Source: Podarcis melisellensis (Eukaryota). Taken from it: DNA of 64,000 nt. Both the position numbers and the translations under genes were made by a program. Within the stretch, counting starts at the first letter, position 1. Each line of letters begins with the position of its first letter. The DNA lies in assembly GCA_964234715.1 (NCBI GenBank), contig OZ174286.1; one strand, given 5' to 3'. Below the pieces are notes generated by a model. That model saw only the letters and a list, made by a program, of their open reading frames with translations, did not search any database and was not told the DNA's origin. Below are positions 22,679 to 35,759 of this stretch, piece by piece.

Positions 22679-23813
22679 GGATCATTCCCGTTGCTTCCCG
22701 CTCTCAAAGGCTTAATCCGGAATGAAAAGTCACTACCGCCTCCGAAACCCCAAAAAGTCATAAAAACATTTAGGAATCCTGCTGTTAAGATTATTTTTCT
22801 CCTTCGAGGAGGAAGGAAGTTCTGGCAGCATATTTCACAACAGCTGACTCTCGATTTTAAACAAAAATGACGTAAGACTTCCGTCTTTCCAGGAGAGAAA
22901 CCGACTAATAATAATATTTTCCTCCTCTCTCCTGTTGAGGATATCGCACTAAGGCGATCACATACTTTAGCTGTAATTACATAGGAAGACATTTGTCTAC
23001 ATTTTTTTTTTTAAGAAATGGCTTTGTTGAGGCATGGGAAGAGATTTCCAGCAACGCCTCTGCGAAATTGTTTCTGCTGAGGATCTGTGAAATATTAATT
23101 GTTTCTTGTAATCTCGGGACCTTATGTCAAAAAAAGAGAACTGACTGCTAATTTAAGTTTTTCTCAAGACTCAGCTATTGGAGAAGTATAAAAGGGGAAA
23201 AGAACGCTGACGTGATGTAAAGCTAATGAGAACCATACTTTTTGCGCTCACAATATTCACAGACGAATTTCATTAGCACGCGGTTTCCTTGCTATTTGCC
23301 CCGTCTCTAGCCTGACGAAGAGTTAAAAAATAAAAATAAAATAAAATACAGAGATCCTTATTCCCTTCCCCCTCCTCCCAGTAGCAGAACACAGCATTTC
23401 TTTCCAAAGAAAGAAAGGAAAAAAGAAAGAAAGAGAAATAAATAGGGGGGGGGGAGAGACGTTTAGGAATCCTCCGGAGAAAGACAATGAATGCAAATGT
23501 CACCGACAATCCACCATTTAGTCATAACTTTAATCCACAACACTGGACTTGATCTGAGACCGTATCACCTTCTCCTTGTTTTTCCTAGACGGCGGTAACC
23601 CTCCGCCGCTTACAGAAGCCATATAAGAACGTGCCAGAGAGTAAATAACTATTTGCACCTCAAATCCGACGGCTCGGGAATGCGATCCGCCAGCGGGGAT
23701 ACTGCGTAAAAATGCAAGGGCGAAAGAGGGTGCCCCTTTAAAGGCAGGCGACAGACAGGATTTTTGCTCCTATTTTGCTTTCATGCATGCTTAGGGATTA
23801 ATCGTCATGAAGA

Positions 23814-23842
23814 GTGTGTGAGTGTGTGTGTGTGTGTGTGTA

Positions 23843-23890
<48 letters not shown>
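23814..23890. repeat. (GT)n microsatellite
   Basis: Direct reading. Confidence 0.95.
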
Positions 23891-23892
<2 letters not shown>

Positions 23893-25174
23893 TCCTTCCC
23901 CACCCACAGACAGACACACAGTCTCACACACTCACAGTCTCCAACATAGCTGTGCTTTATCCGGTTCTTGACAGAATGTGTAGTTACACTTCACAGAGAG
24001 AGAGACAGAAGGGATAAAATGCCCAGTGGCCGTGGATCCCGCCGCAGTCAACTTGATCGAGGGGGATGTGTCCGCTCAGTTTTTCTCCCGCATAAAAGTT
24101 CTCTTCTGCATTCCTCCTCTTGACTTGGTCTCTTCCTTTTACCAGAATAAAATAAAATATAAAGGTTATCTAGTTGTCAAACCTGCATCAAAGAACAGGG
24201 CATCAAATAACTTCTTGATAAAATGTCACAATACTATTTAAAAGAAAAACAGCAAGAAGGGTAATTGTCTCCCACACCTGCACGTTAAGCTAGTATTTGT
24301 GGCAGAAGTTAAATGTGTCTGCGGTTCCTTGCCTTATTCTGCTGCTGGGATTATTTCGGGGGCTGTGCGGGGGTGAGGGGAGGGAGAGAGAAGAGAAAGA
24401 GATTACTAAGGAGCCAGGAGGTGGGTGTTTGGGATTCCTAGTTGTGGGTCCGATTCCACAGTGAGGGATTCCTGGCTGTGGGTCCGAGGACTCTTAGATC
24501 GGAGCTGCAGATAAAGATGCAAATTTCGATATCGATTTGAGATCTCTCGCCCCCAGCCCCAGTTATGCTCCTGCTCTGTTCGGGCGGTGGGCAGATTCCC
24601 TTTTGGAAAGGGGAATCGTGTTGGATTTGACTTTTCCCTGCCAGCCCCAGTTAGCTCTGAACTCAACGGCACAGTATTATTTACAGTGAGTTCCCAAACT
24701 AAACACAATAGTATAATTTAACCTTTCCAGGCACTCGTAAATTTTTACTGCTGTGAAACACAGCGATGCAAATGAATGTGCTCGTAGTTACTGACTTAAT
24801 AACAACCCCGTGGCTCCCGAAACAATAACTCCTTATGAAATATAATAAATATATATTTAAATACAGTATGCCGCCAATGTTATTTTGCTTTTTTATTGCT
24901 TCAATTATTGTATAATTTTATGTGAAGGTCTCCGATCACAAGGAGGGTAGCCTGTCTTTGTGTGCGTGTGCGTGCGTGAGTGAGTATGTGTGTGTATGTG
25001 TATGAGAGAGAGAGACTTGGCTTTTTTTTTTTTTTGCAAGGAACACGGACCATTGATGGGATGATTAATTATGATATAAAATAGTCCGCTTTAGAAAGGT
25101 GGCCATACCCAAAATTCTGATCTTTTAATCTCGATCAGCCACAATTAAAACAAATATTGCCGTACAAGTCGTCT

Positions 25175-25400
25175 ATCCCTTTGCATAAAAACATATGGCT
25201 TTGCTATAAAAATGATGACGGGAAAACACTGACCCATTAATAGCCTGCGGACTGATTTATACTTTATTGTTCTGCTGCCCGGCCATGTGACGCGAGGCAG
25301 CCAATGGGCTGACAGGCAGCCTTCAACTTATTAGGTGACTGTACTTCTTCGTGAGGACCAAGTTGTTACATGAAATCTGCAGTTTCATAATTTCGCCAGG
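25175..25400 (+). promoter_or_regulatory. HOXA9 proximal promoter and leader (CATAAA/TATAAA/TTTATT sites, CATGTG E-box, CCAAT) with uORF at 25370-25390
   Basis: CATGTG at 25284-25289, CCAAT at 25301-25305, ATGAAATCTGCAGTTTCATAA uORF. Confidence 0.7.
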
Positions 25401-25456
25401 TCTTGCCTCTCCTTTTTTTGCACTGGGGCTGGGTCTGGGGCTTGGCTTGGATGGCT

Positions 25457-26003
25457 ATGTCTTCTTCGGGGACGCTCAGCAACTACTACGTGGACTCTTT
25501 CCTCATCCACGACAGCGAGGAGCTGGTGCAGTCCCGCTATGGCTCGGCTTCTCTAGGTCAGCCGGCCAGGCAGGCGACCCTTGGAGACCACCCCGAGTTC
25601 ACCCCGTGCAGCTTTCAGTCGAAAACCTCCGTCTTCAGCACTTCCTGGAACGCCGTGCACCCGCCGAGCGCTAACAATGTGCCCACCGTGTACCACCCGT
25701 ACGTGCATCACCAGGCACCAATGGCAGCGCCCGACGGCAGGTACATGCGCTCGTGGCTGGAGCCCATGCCGGGCTCCTTGTCTTTCCCGGGCTTGCCGGC
25801 CAGCAGGCATTACGGCATTAAACCTGAACCGCTCACGGCCAGGAGGGGTGACTGTACCACCTTTGACACGCACGCGCTCTCTCTGACTGACTATGCTTGT
25901 GGTTCTCCTCCAGCTGATAGGGATAAGCAAGGCAACGACGGCGCGTTCTCGGAAAACAATGGCGAGAGCGAGGCGAACGGAGACAAGCCCCAGATCGACC
26001 CAA
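25457..26003 (+). CDS. HOXA9: Homeobox A9, exon 1 (in-frame ATG also at 25451)
   Basis: MSSSGTLSNYYVDSFL, DGRYMRSWLEP and RHYGIKPEPL motifs; donor CCAA|GTAAGT. Confidence 0.97.
25741..25913 (+). other. 173-nt internal alternative intron (exitron) of HOXA9 exon 1, giving a HOXA9T-type truncated isoform
   Basis: CAG|GTACAT donor, CTGAC branch-like motifs at about 25883-25891, TTCTCCTCCAG| acceptor; splicing gives AGC TGA TAG. Confidence 0.8.
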
Positions 26004-27375
26004 GTAAGTGCCATCCGCCTGGGCTTGGCCGGGAGGAGGGTGGGCGGGTGGGCTGGGTGTCGAGAGCCACCGTCTACCGTGAGCTATGCGGCAATGGCTG
26101 CTGGGTGGGTGACTGGGTGGGGGCTTCTGTGGTCATAGAAGAACGTCCAGCTGCACCACTGAGCTTCTCTCTATCTCTCTGTGTGTAGAATTGTGTGCGT
26201 AAAACGGGAAGATGGTTGCGCATGCATATACGCGTGTATGTATATATTTGGTGCCACAGTCTTTGTAGGCTCACGGTCTATGCAGCCAGCTAGGTCTATG
26301 TGTGTTTCTCAGCGTCAAGGTGCCAGCAAAGTCCAGCATGACCTCTCTGTCGCAACAGTGTGCAGGGGCGCGTCACCAGCGTGTTTTCCTGGGCGCACGC
26401 TTCAGCTACAAAGCCACATTGGGGGGATGGGAGGAGAGAGCCGGGCTGTGTAGGGGGGGCGGCGTGAGAGGGTGGTGGTCGCGCACAACCCAAGTTACTT
26501 GGGAGAGGCGAGGAAAAACAAAACATTGGATGTGAATCTGATCCCTTTGTGACGACTAGCTGAGCTAGGAAAGCCAAGAACAACAACTGTTCTTGTGTGT
26601 GTGTCTTTTCCCTAACTTCATTTTAGCCCTCTCTTTGGCGACTATTTATTCCACTCCTTTGCTTGTTGCTAACACCTTCGCTTGCCTTTAGAACTGAGCT
26701 AGCGGATCAATAGTGCAGGCACGGGAAATAATGCCAAATGCAAATGTGTGAGTCGGTGTTTTCCCACCTAAAGCAAGCCAGGCTTAGCCTGAAGACAGGG
26801 CCGGGTGGGTGTGTTCCCTTATCTCCTTGAAAGCGCCCAGCGGTTATATAAGAGAAGGTCAGAACTGGAAAGGGAAACATTTTCACTATGACACTTATTC
26901 TCAGGGGTTGTGCACCGGTCCTATATATTTTTTTTCCGGAGGGGGAGAGGAGAGAGAGTGAAATCAGGGGGCTTGGCTGAGAGGAGGGTAGGCAGCAAAG
27001 GCAGGCTTTGAAATTACACCCTATATAAACACTATGAAGAAGTGAGGCGGTGGCCAGTGGGGTTCCCCCCTCCCTTTCTCTCTTGCTTTTTTTACTGCGC
27101 GTAATTCTACGTGACCTTTTCCATGTGTCTCAGTTTGGAGTCCATTGTGTCTGACCCCATCCTGTATGTCTGTCCAAAGGAAAGGAATGTCGTAAACCAC
27201 CAATATCAGGGCATCCATGCTCTTCAAAAGGAAGGTGGTGGCTTGGGGGTGGGAGGAGGTGCTGTTTGTGTGCCTATGGGGTGGAGATGCAGTCATAATA
27301 GCAGTGCGGGGGGGTGTTGGTGCGGGGTTCTGTCCTTCGCCAACTTAACCCTCTTTGGCGTCGTTTTCCTTGCAG

Positions 27376-27614
27376 ACAACCCGGCCGCGAACTGGTTGCA
27401 CGCGAGATCCACTCGGAAAAAACGGTGCCCTTACACCAAACACCAGACGCTGGAGCTGGAGAAGGAGTTTTTGTTCAACATGTATCTCACCAGGGACCGA
27501 CGGTACGAAGTGGCCCGGCTCCTGAATTTAACCGAGAGACAAGTGAAAATCTGGTTTCAGAACCGGAGGATGAAAATGAAGAAAATCAACAAAGACCGAG
27601 CGAAGGATGAATGA
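27376..27614 (+). CDS. HOXA9: Homeobox A9, exon 2 (homeodomain)
   Basis: Acceptor ttgcag|AC; [78 protein letters not shown]; spliced CDS 786 nt. Confidence 0.98.
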
Positions 27615-28890
27615 TGCTCGGCTTCCAGGTTTAATCACGTTTCAAACAGCAAAAATCTCCCCTTCCAGCGCAACGCAACACAATCCTCCCCTCTTCTGTT
27701 CCCAGCATACCCCGAGACTGTGTCCAGGCCTCATGTGTTGTTGTTATTATTTTTATTATTAATATTATTTGGGGTTTCCCACCCCTCTGGGGTTGTTGCT
27801 GTTGTTTTGTCCTTGGCCAATTCAGCTCTTGAATGTATCTCGCCAGCGTGCAGGGAGATATGGCTGTGCCCCGGTGCTATTATGGAGGTACCCAGATTTA
27901 TCATTTTCTAATCATAGGAAAGGAAAGGGGGGCATTAAACTCGGAAGGCTCATCTGTTGGCTTGTCTAAATCTACCTGTCCTTCACGAAAGAAAGAAAGA
28001 AAAAAGAAAGAAAGAAACTACCTTTTTAATGCACAATTCTTTACAGACTGTATAGGTTAGTCGACGTAGTTAATTTTATTTGCTCTTTGCGCGGCAGAGA
28101 GAGGTCTGCTCTAATACTTGAACACTGTGTTTTATTGTGGTAATTATATTTGTGACTCAATTTTTTGTGCTTGGGTGCTGTACCAGATGTGATTGTGTAA
28201 GCTAGGATTCAATTTGAACTCAGGTTGTTTATTATAAAGGTTGCATAGAGTATAGCTCGGTAGTGTAAGGAGTCCTTTTTTTCTGTATCATTATTAGACA
28301 GTGAACCTTGGATTGTACCGGGGGGAACCAATTCGTTCGCTCTCTTTCTATCCCAGCTTTTAAACACAAAAGTGGGGGGCATGATCTGGGATAGCCAAGG
28401 ACTTGTGGATGATCCCCCCAATTCTTTTGAAGCAAGTCATTTTCGTATGCACACTTGATCGATCGATATCTATCTATATATATATAGTACAGTCTTCGTC
28501 AGTTGTATATATCATAATCTATATATTAAAGGAAGAAACCCTTAATAATCAGGCTAGCTTGAATCTTGTTTTTGCACCCGTGAGCAATTTTCAGATAACG
28601 GAGCTATACCTATATGTGAAAAAGGTAACTACCTATGGTTTACGTTTTGAGTTTAATCGAATTTAATTGATTCTTATTGTAATGAAGTTTAATTTTATTG
28701 ATAATAAATTATACACTCTAAAAAAACCTACCTTTTGGTTATTGTAGATTTGTATCGATTATTAACATAAAAAAATAAAAAGTCCTGGACGTTATGTTTA
28801 TGCAGAAGCTACACTGTATATTTTGCAATAGTTACCTCATGGCCTACTGACCAAATAGTTGTGTCCAGAATGATATTTAACTTTTTGCTA

Positions 28891-28896
28891 AATAAA
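28891..28896 (+). terminator. Probable HOXA9 polyadenylation signal
   Basis: AATAAA at the end of an AT-rich 3'UTR, with a GT-rich tract downstream. Confidence 0.55.
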
Positions 28897-29252
28897 ATAT
28901 ATATTGATTCTTTTAAAAAAATATATTGTGCTGTTTTTAAGGTTATTAAGAAGGCAAAACCTGCCCATCTTTACCTTTGGAGAGCAAGCAAAATGCTAAC
29001 ACTGATCCTTTAACACGGTTACTCAAAAGGAAGACCCACTCATTTTGATGGAACTTCCAAGCAGTTATGGTTCACATGGCAAATCCTTCTCCCAAACGAA
29101 AACGCGAGTGGAATCTGGGAGAAGAAGACAGTGGAGTAACTCGGCCAGGCGTGTTGCACCACCCAGGCTATGCAATGATCGCATAGAACCCTGAACTGGA
29201 AACTAAGGATAGTAACTAGCGTGGGTGTCTTTAATTAGTTAAGATGCTGTGA

Positions 29253-29303
<51 letters not shown>
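29253..29303. repeat. (AAT)n microsatellite
   Basis: Direct reading. Confidence 0.95.
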
Positions 29304-29304
<1 letters not shown>

Positions 29305-30690
29305 GAATTGATCAACATAAAGCAAAGCAGCAGGACAAAATTTCGGTGACCTTTTGCAGGAATAATCTAGTTAGTACCCGCCCCTCTTTCAACTCTCATT
29401 TTAAAAAATCAGCTTGGCTTCCAGAAGCAAATAATCCATCGCGTATGAAATTTCATCCATGTCTCTTCATAGAGAAAGCATTCCCAATGTAAAACCCATT
29501 CCAGCTGCTTTCTGTGTCTTGGGTGCATTCTCGCCCGCGAAATAAATACACCGCATTTGACGTAGCCAAAGATGGAGGCTTATCGGGCAACAATGGACGC
29601 TAGAAAAAAAATTTTGTGTCGTTGTTTATAAAGTTCAGGTTAGGAAATCGGGTTGGTTGGCAAAGGGGTGTTGGTGATGGAGATTAACCAACACTTTAAC
29701 GAATACATGCAGGCGATGGAGTGGGGGTGGGCAGTCCAAACGGATGAACAATAAAAAGGAATTCTGACGCGTTGGGAGTTTAGTCGTGCCTCGGGCAGGC
29801 TCGGCTCTCCGCTCAGAAATTATTATCCTCCCCCATAAAAAAAATACCAGTTAGAGCAGAGTTGTGCACAAGACCAAACAGGGACTCCTCTGTAGCTCAT
29901 TGCAGAAGAGTTTATTTTAAAGGCACAAACAAGCCCGCACACTTCCAGCTAACAAGTCTTAGCTGAAGAAGCTGTTAAGAAAATTCAGAGCCATAGTGTG
30001 CCATAAAAGAAAATGACGGCTGTAACCGTTTATGGGGTGTAAAATGCTGCAGGCTTGAAGGCAAGAACTTTCAGTATCTCAGGCTTTGAAAATGTTCGAA
30101 GGTTCAGAGAGGCAGGGGAAATCACTCGGAGTTTGGTTGGCCTTTTTTAATTTTAATTTTTAAAAATAAAGAAATCTCTGGTAAATTGCATTAAATTAAC
30201 ACAAAGCGAAACAGTTCTCGTCTGCAAAAACAAGGGTGGGGGGTGTTTCTAATTAATGCCTGTCCCAGTGGTTTGGGGATGTTGCGACGACCTCTGTTGT
30301 TGCAGACAGTGGGGACTTCAAAGAATCCTCATTGGAAGTGCGTAATAAATGGCAGGTCTGCAAACTGTCTGGAATTCGGCCCTTAATGAGTTTACAACTG
30401 TCCAGCCACAATTAAGATTTTCTACAAAAGCCCTTTCATTTGTTTTGTCTGGCTGTTTTAGATAAAGCGGCTCTGCGGAAATAGCTCGTTTTTATTAGCC
30501 CTTTCCCCTCTGAAATGTAGGCTGTAAGGTGAACGTTGATCTTTAATGAATATACCGCTGGAACCTTTTCTATAATTGCTACTGCATGGCAAAGTAGATT
30601 ACCGAAGCGTTTGCAGGGGTAGATATCAGCTATGTTTACACGTTCGTCAGATTCCTGCACCTATTTTATTGCTTGCGGTTACCGGGACAG

Positions 30691-30708
30691 AACAGCAGAT
30701 GGCAGTGT
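30691..30708 (+). promoter_or_regulatory. CTCF motif between HOXA9 and HOXA7 (7|9 boundary candidate)
   Basis: ACAGCAGATGGCAGTG fits the CTCF core; syntenic position. Confidence 0.7.
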
Positions 30709-31269
30709 TGTTCCACGAAAACAAGGGCGATTTCCGCCATGAAGCCAATGGAAAAAATTCTAAAATGTCGACTTTCTAGGAGATGCATATGCTGTTTTGA
30801 AACTCCTGATTTGATATTAACAAAAGGCGATATTATATATGTCCCCACTACTAAAAGGAATACCTTAATGCTTCAGTATTTCGTGTTTCAATATGTTATA
30901 ATCTTAAAAGTCAATAACTGCAATGGTAAACTTCTCCGTTTTTAACTATTAGTATTATTATTATTATCATGCCAGTTCTGTACAGATTGACATTTTCCTC
31001 TCTCAGCTTGAAGCATGCTTCACGAATCCTGCTAATTTGACCGCAGTAAGAGCAAATAATATGTCGTGCGCCTGAGTGCACGTATCAAACACATGTACAG
31101 TGAGAATATATTTAAACAGTTTAAGCTTATGCAGATGCATTTGGGTTAAACATCCCGTGTATATTGTAATCGACTAATGAAAATGCATAACGGATATATA
31201 ATGTAAGGGATATATAATGCACAAAGTCAAAGCAGGTATTCTCGCACAATATAATCGTTTGCATTAACC

Positions 31270-31360
31270 CGTTCATGGCTTAGGCAATTTACCTGGGAAT
31301 CTGCCCCAATGAATGCAGCAAAGCTTCTTACTTCAGAGTAGACATGTATAGGACTGCACT
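31270..31360. mobile_element. Hairpin MITE copy
   Basis: ttacctgggaatctgccccaatgaa...cttacttcagagtagacatgtataggactgca. Confidence 0.6.
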
Positions 31361-33171
31361 ACGCTATACTGAGGCCGCATAAGCAATTTTTATAGCCGGG
31401 AATCTCAAAGCGCTTGGAATGCGGATGCTGGTGACTGAAACGCGGCGGAGTTGTTAAAGAAACATGCTCAGTGTGTATTTAAAAAACAACAACAACAACA
31501 CACAGTTAGACGTGGGTTTTTAAATTTTTTTTTTTAATGCTCCGATCATTTTTTTAAAAGTATTTATTAGGAGCAAACAGTTTTCACAATGCAATGGGCG
31601 AGCTTTTGAATTGCTGAACATGCATGGCTCCATCTTAATCTCTTATTCAGCCAACGATGCCTGCCTTTGGTTCGATTCTGCTCTGGGCCAGAATCCTTCG
31701 GAAACGACGTTCTTTTCACCGGGCCAAAACAGAGGCTCTAAGTTGGTGGCTCGGCAACAAAATTTAATTTGAAAATTATTTACCGGCCACTGAATTTCTT
31801 CACCAGATGTCTTTGAGGCAGTTAAAGGCTCCCGCTCGCTTTCTTAAGCAATTTCATCTCTGTGGGACCCGGTTTAATTATGCAGTGCAGATGATAACAG
31901 TTCTAATACACCGCAGGACTAAGATGCCTGTACGAATCTAGGCTGGAACTCTTATGGCATTTTATTTACTCTTTCATATGTGTGTGGTATGTTTATGTAT
32001 ATATTGTATATATTGTATATATTGTATATATATACACACCTCTCCTTCACTTTTGAATTCCACGGCTCCATCGATTAGTATATGAGCCATATACACAAAC
32101 ACACATACCAAAGATAGATGAATGGACTCGATGTTTGTGAATAAATAAGACAATCAAACCACAAATGTGTGCCTACTGTACCGAAATTAAGAGCCAAGAA
32201 AGACAAATAACATTATTGGGAAAACGCTTCTTTTTTCCCTGCCAAAAAGAGAAAAAGAACGTTTAGCAGTCAAATGACACACTAAATGTGAGTATCAAAG
32301 GTATTTCATTGTAATTCCTTAGTAGGAATCCAGGAGGATTCCTAAAAAAGACTGGAAATTTATGGTGCATTTATTTAGGATGGAACTTACATATACATGC
32401 ACAAATCCCCAGTAGAAAATGTCGTTTATATGAACGAATGACTGGTCATGGCAGCTTTTAATGTTAATTCTTATTGTCTCGTGTGTACTTTTAATGTATC
32501 TTGTTCTCAATGACTTCAGCTACAGTAAAATGCAAACACGAATATATACATTTGTTGTAAGTAATTTGGACAATGGGTGACCAATGGAGGGAATAAAGGA
32601 GGACGAAGGCAGCTGAAACAGCGGAATAATACCCCAAGTCCAAATTGCAGAAAATTCTTTGCTTGATCCCAAAATAAACCACCCTGCAGAATGACCAGTT
32701 GGTGTGTGTGTTTTTTAATCATCCTCGTTATTTTTAACATTTTATTCTGTGGGTGGAGGTTGTTTTTAAACGAGGTTTGTTTAGAGAAACCTAGAAAGCG
32801 GTAGTTTCTAGGTTACAATTTTTTAAAGGAGGCAGAGAAGGCATTTTGGATGGAATGAGTGACCTAGGGAAAACTTTAAATAATTAAGCAGTATCCATTC
32901 CAACATATCTTTTATTTTTATTTTTAAGTGGGATGGAGAATAGAGGCATCTTCTAAAACTGGACACCATTAAATTTCCACATTCATGTACCGTAATATGC
33001 CCCGGAAACATTGCTTAGAAGTGAATAATCATTTCACCCCTCTTTTTTTGCTATTTATACTGGAAGTCTATACTCTGGAGGTGATTCGGAGCTCATTCTG
33101 TTTAGCGAGGGTTAGTCCTGAGTCTTTATTATAAAACGCCCTATTTCCTGGAGGGGAGGCCGTGGACAACG

Positions 33172-33172
33172 G

Positions 33173-33218
<46 letters not shown>
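33172..33218. repeat. (GT)n microsatellite
   Basis: Direct reading. Confidence 0.95.
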
Positions 33219-33220
<2 letters not shown>

Positions 33221-34184
33221 TGGTCTTCTCAATTTAAGTAGCACTTCCAAGAAGTGACTTTAGGCAAACGCGATTTTAAAATATATTTATATAATCCCAG
33301 CAGAACTGAGACACACACACACGTCTAAGAAAGCAGTGTGCGGTTTGATCCTCCCAGAGCTCGGCCTCAAAGCTAGTTGCACTTAACGGTGTCCTTTAAA
33401 GACTCATCGATAAAATTCTGTCTTGCTCTTATCAATACCCAAGTCTAGACTGTCGGTTCTGTTTGCTGCTGCTTTCTTCTGGCATCTTGGCTGCGTTGTC
33501 ACCAGAGGAGCAATTTATTGGCAGAATGCCGTCTAATTCCGCTTCTTTGATCTGGCTCGTCGTCTTTGGCAGGTTTTTCCTTCGCCTTCCCTTCTAACTT
33601 CTTAGCCTTTTTTATTTTTCTCAGGAGGCTTTCCTTTCTTTCTTAAAATTTCGAGGTTATTTTTTGTGAGGGGGTATTATTATTATTGTAGCCCCGCAAT
33701 CTTGCACCACACGCCTCCCCCCCCCCCAACACACACGTTTCCTTCCTTTGGGTTTGACAGCCATCTTGGTGCCTTGACCGATCTTGGCGGAATGAAAACC
33801 AAAGACGTCTGTCGATGCAACCAGCCTGTACTCTCCCAGGAATAGCAAAGCAAACCTCGAAGGGCGGTCTCCGCGCCCAGGACCGGCTCCAGTCCATATC
33901 ACTGATTGTGAAGATGAGTTCATGACAATAACGTTCTTCCTTTCCAAAACTGTACACCAACACCTCTCTCCAGCCCCTGTTGCACCCGGGCCTCCTCAGG
34001 CCCCTTAGATGAGCCCTCCCTCCCCCCCTCCTTCCCTCCCATGGGTTGCCAAAATGTGCCCCTCTGAAGGGTCCCTGCGAAATATGGGCCAGGCATAATT
34101 TTAAACTGGTGAGAACCTCTTTGTACACACAGGATACCAAACTCTATAATCTAAAGGGAGAATTTCCGGGGCAATCTCATTGTC

Positions 34185-34290
34185 CTCCTTCCAGTTTATG
34201 ATGTGCAATATAGCAGGGCAGTAAAAGCTGTCTTTACCAAAACTCCCCCGTCTGAGGGAAGGAAACTAGTTTTACGATCCGTTTTAAAGG
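34185..34290. promoter_or_regulatory. Candidate Cdx/Hox-responsive enhancer upstream of HOXA7
   Basis: TTTATG, GTAAAA and TTTTACGA sites about 1.7 kb upstream of the HOXA7 ATG, similar in position to the mouse Hoxa7 Cdx-bound enhancer. Confidence 0.35.
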
Positions 34291-35759
34291 AAGGGTAGGG
34301 CGCAACATCCTCAATGGCGTGTCCTCTTATTGCTTGGTGGGGGCCGAGTGTTTAGAAATTAAGGAGCTGCCTTATCCGAGATCTGGGACACACACACACA
34401 CACGCCACCGCTCTCGACACCACCAACACCACCACATAAAACCGGAGGTAGGTATTTATTTACCCCGGGGGCGGGGGAGGAAAAAGAAGAAGCCAGATGA
34501 AACAAAGAAACCTGAGTCCGCATCCCAAGTCTCTTCGATTTTTTAAAAAACAAGAGGTGCTGAAAGTCCGTTTGTTTTTATTATATTTCCCACTGTATCT
34601 TTTTTTGGGGGGGGGGGGTTAGTGGTGGCTGAAATATGCATGCTAATGGATAGAATAAATCCGCACTAGTAAAGGCAGACCGGTTGCATTATCACCGAAA
34701 AACAAAAACAAAACAAAACTCCCTCCTGGATATAAACCTTCCCGGAGTAAGAGGAACAGGCAAAAGTAGACACATGCCTTCATCTTTCTTCTTCTTCTTC
34801 TTCTTCCTCTTCCACTTCCTCTTCCTCTTCTTCTTCTTCTCCTCCCCTTTCTTTTTAGGAAAGATACCCACCCGTCCTCCCTTAGATATGCTGTGCTTTT
34901 TCTCTGTTTGTGTTTTGTTGCTGAGGAAGAGAATTTGGCAAAAGAGGGAGAGAGAGATGATAGAACACGTATTTAGCAACCCTTCACTCATCTCGCCAGC
35001 AGCGATTAGCCGAATATGTCTGTCAATATCTTAATAAATCTGCGAGCAAATTGGGAAGCCTCTCAAATAAATATTTCACTCTTTCCTTTCCTGAGGAAAA
35101 ATAAATGAGGGCAGGATACAGAAGGATTTGCCAAATGAGTTCATTCAGACACACACACACACACTTGAGATAGACAGACGCAGATAACACATCCTGCATA
35201 ATGGTGGTGGTTGTTTTTACTATGGGGGTATTTTTATGGGCACCTTGCCTTTGTATTTTATTTTTTTTTAATGTACTTTCCCTCCCGCAGCTCTACCCCT
35301 CCCCTTTCGGAATATGGAAGAGCTGAAAGGCGGAGAGAGATAAGAAACAAGAAAATCAAACAGGAAACATACATGGAAACTCAGAGTTGTGTTTGTGGTT
35401 TATTTCCAGCTCTGCAGGAAATATGACTGAGGAGTGGGGTATATGGAGGAGCAAAAAAGAAAAGACGAGGAGAAAAGGGGTAGAGATGCAAAGAGGAAAA
35501 TGTGTATTTCAAAACACTGGCTTGACGTTTTTTATTCTAGCTTCCCTCTGGCTCGGGGCTGATCTCGGCGCTCCCTCGGCTTTATCCGGAGCCGCTCCGG
35601 GATCCCAGTCCCCGTTGGAGCTGCCCGAGCGGCCAAGTCTCCCCCTCGCCTTCGAATCGGCCAGGCGTCGGCTCGATCCTCTTCCCCTTCCATCATAGGA
35701 CCTTGTGAGCCACCCTGATCTATACCACCTGTGATGCAGGAGGAGATTGGAGGATGGGG

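Noticed and set aside
26004-26188. ORF-track C-terminal extensions of exon 1 ORFs (also 36287-36549, 45882-45943, 51071-51237)
   Set aside because: Read-through into introns past consensus splice donors
31997-32032. (GTATATATT)x4 minisatellite
   Set aside because: Simple AT-rich slippage repeat with no sign of function
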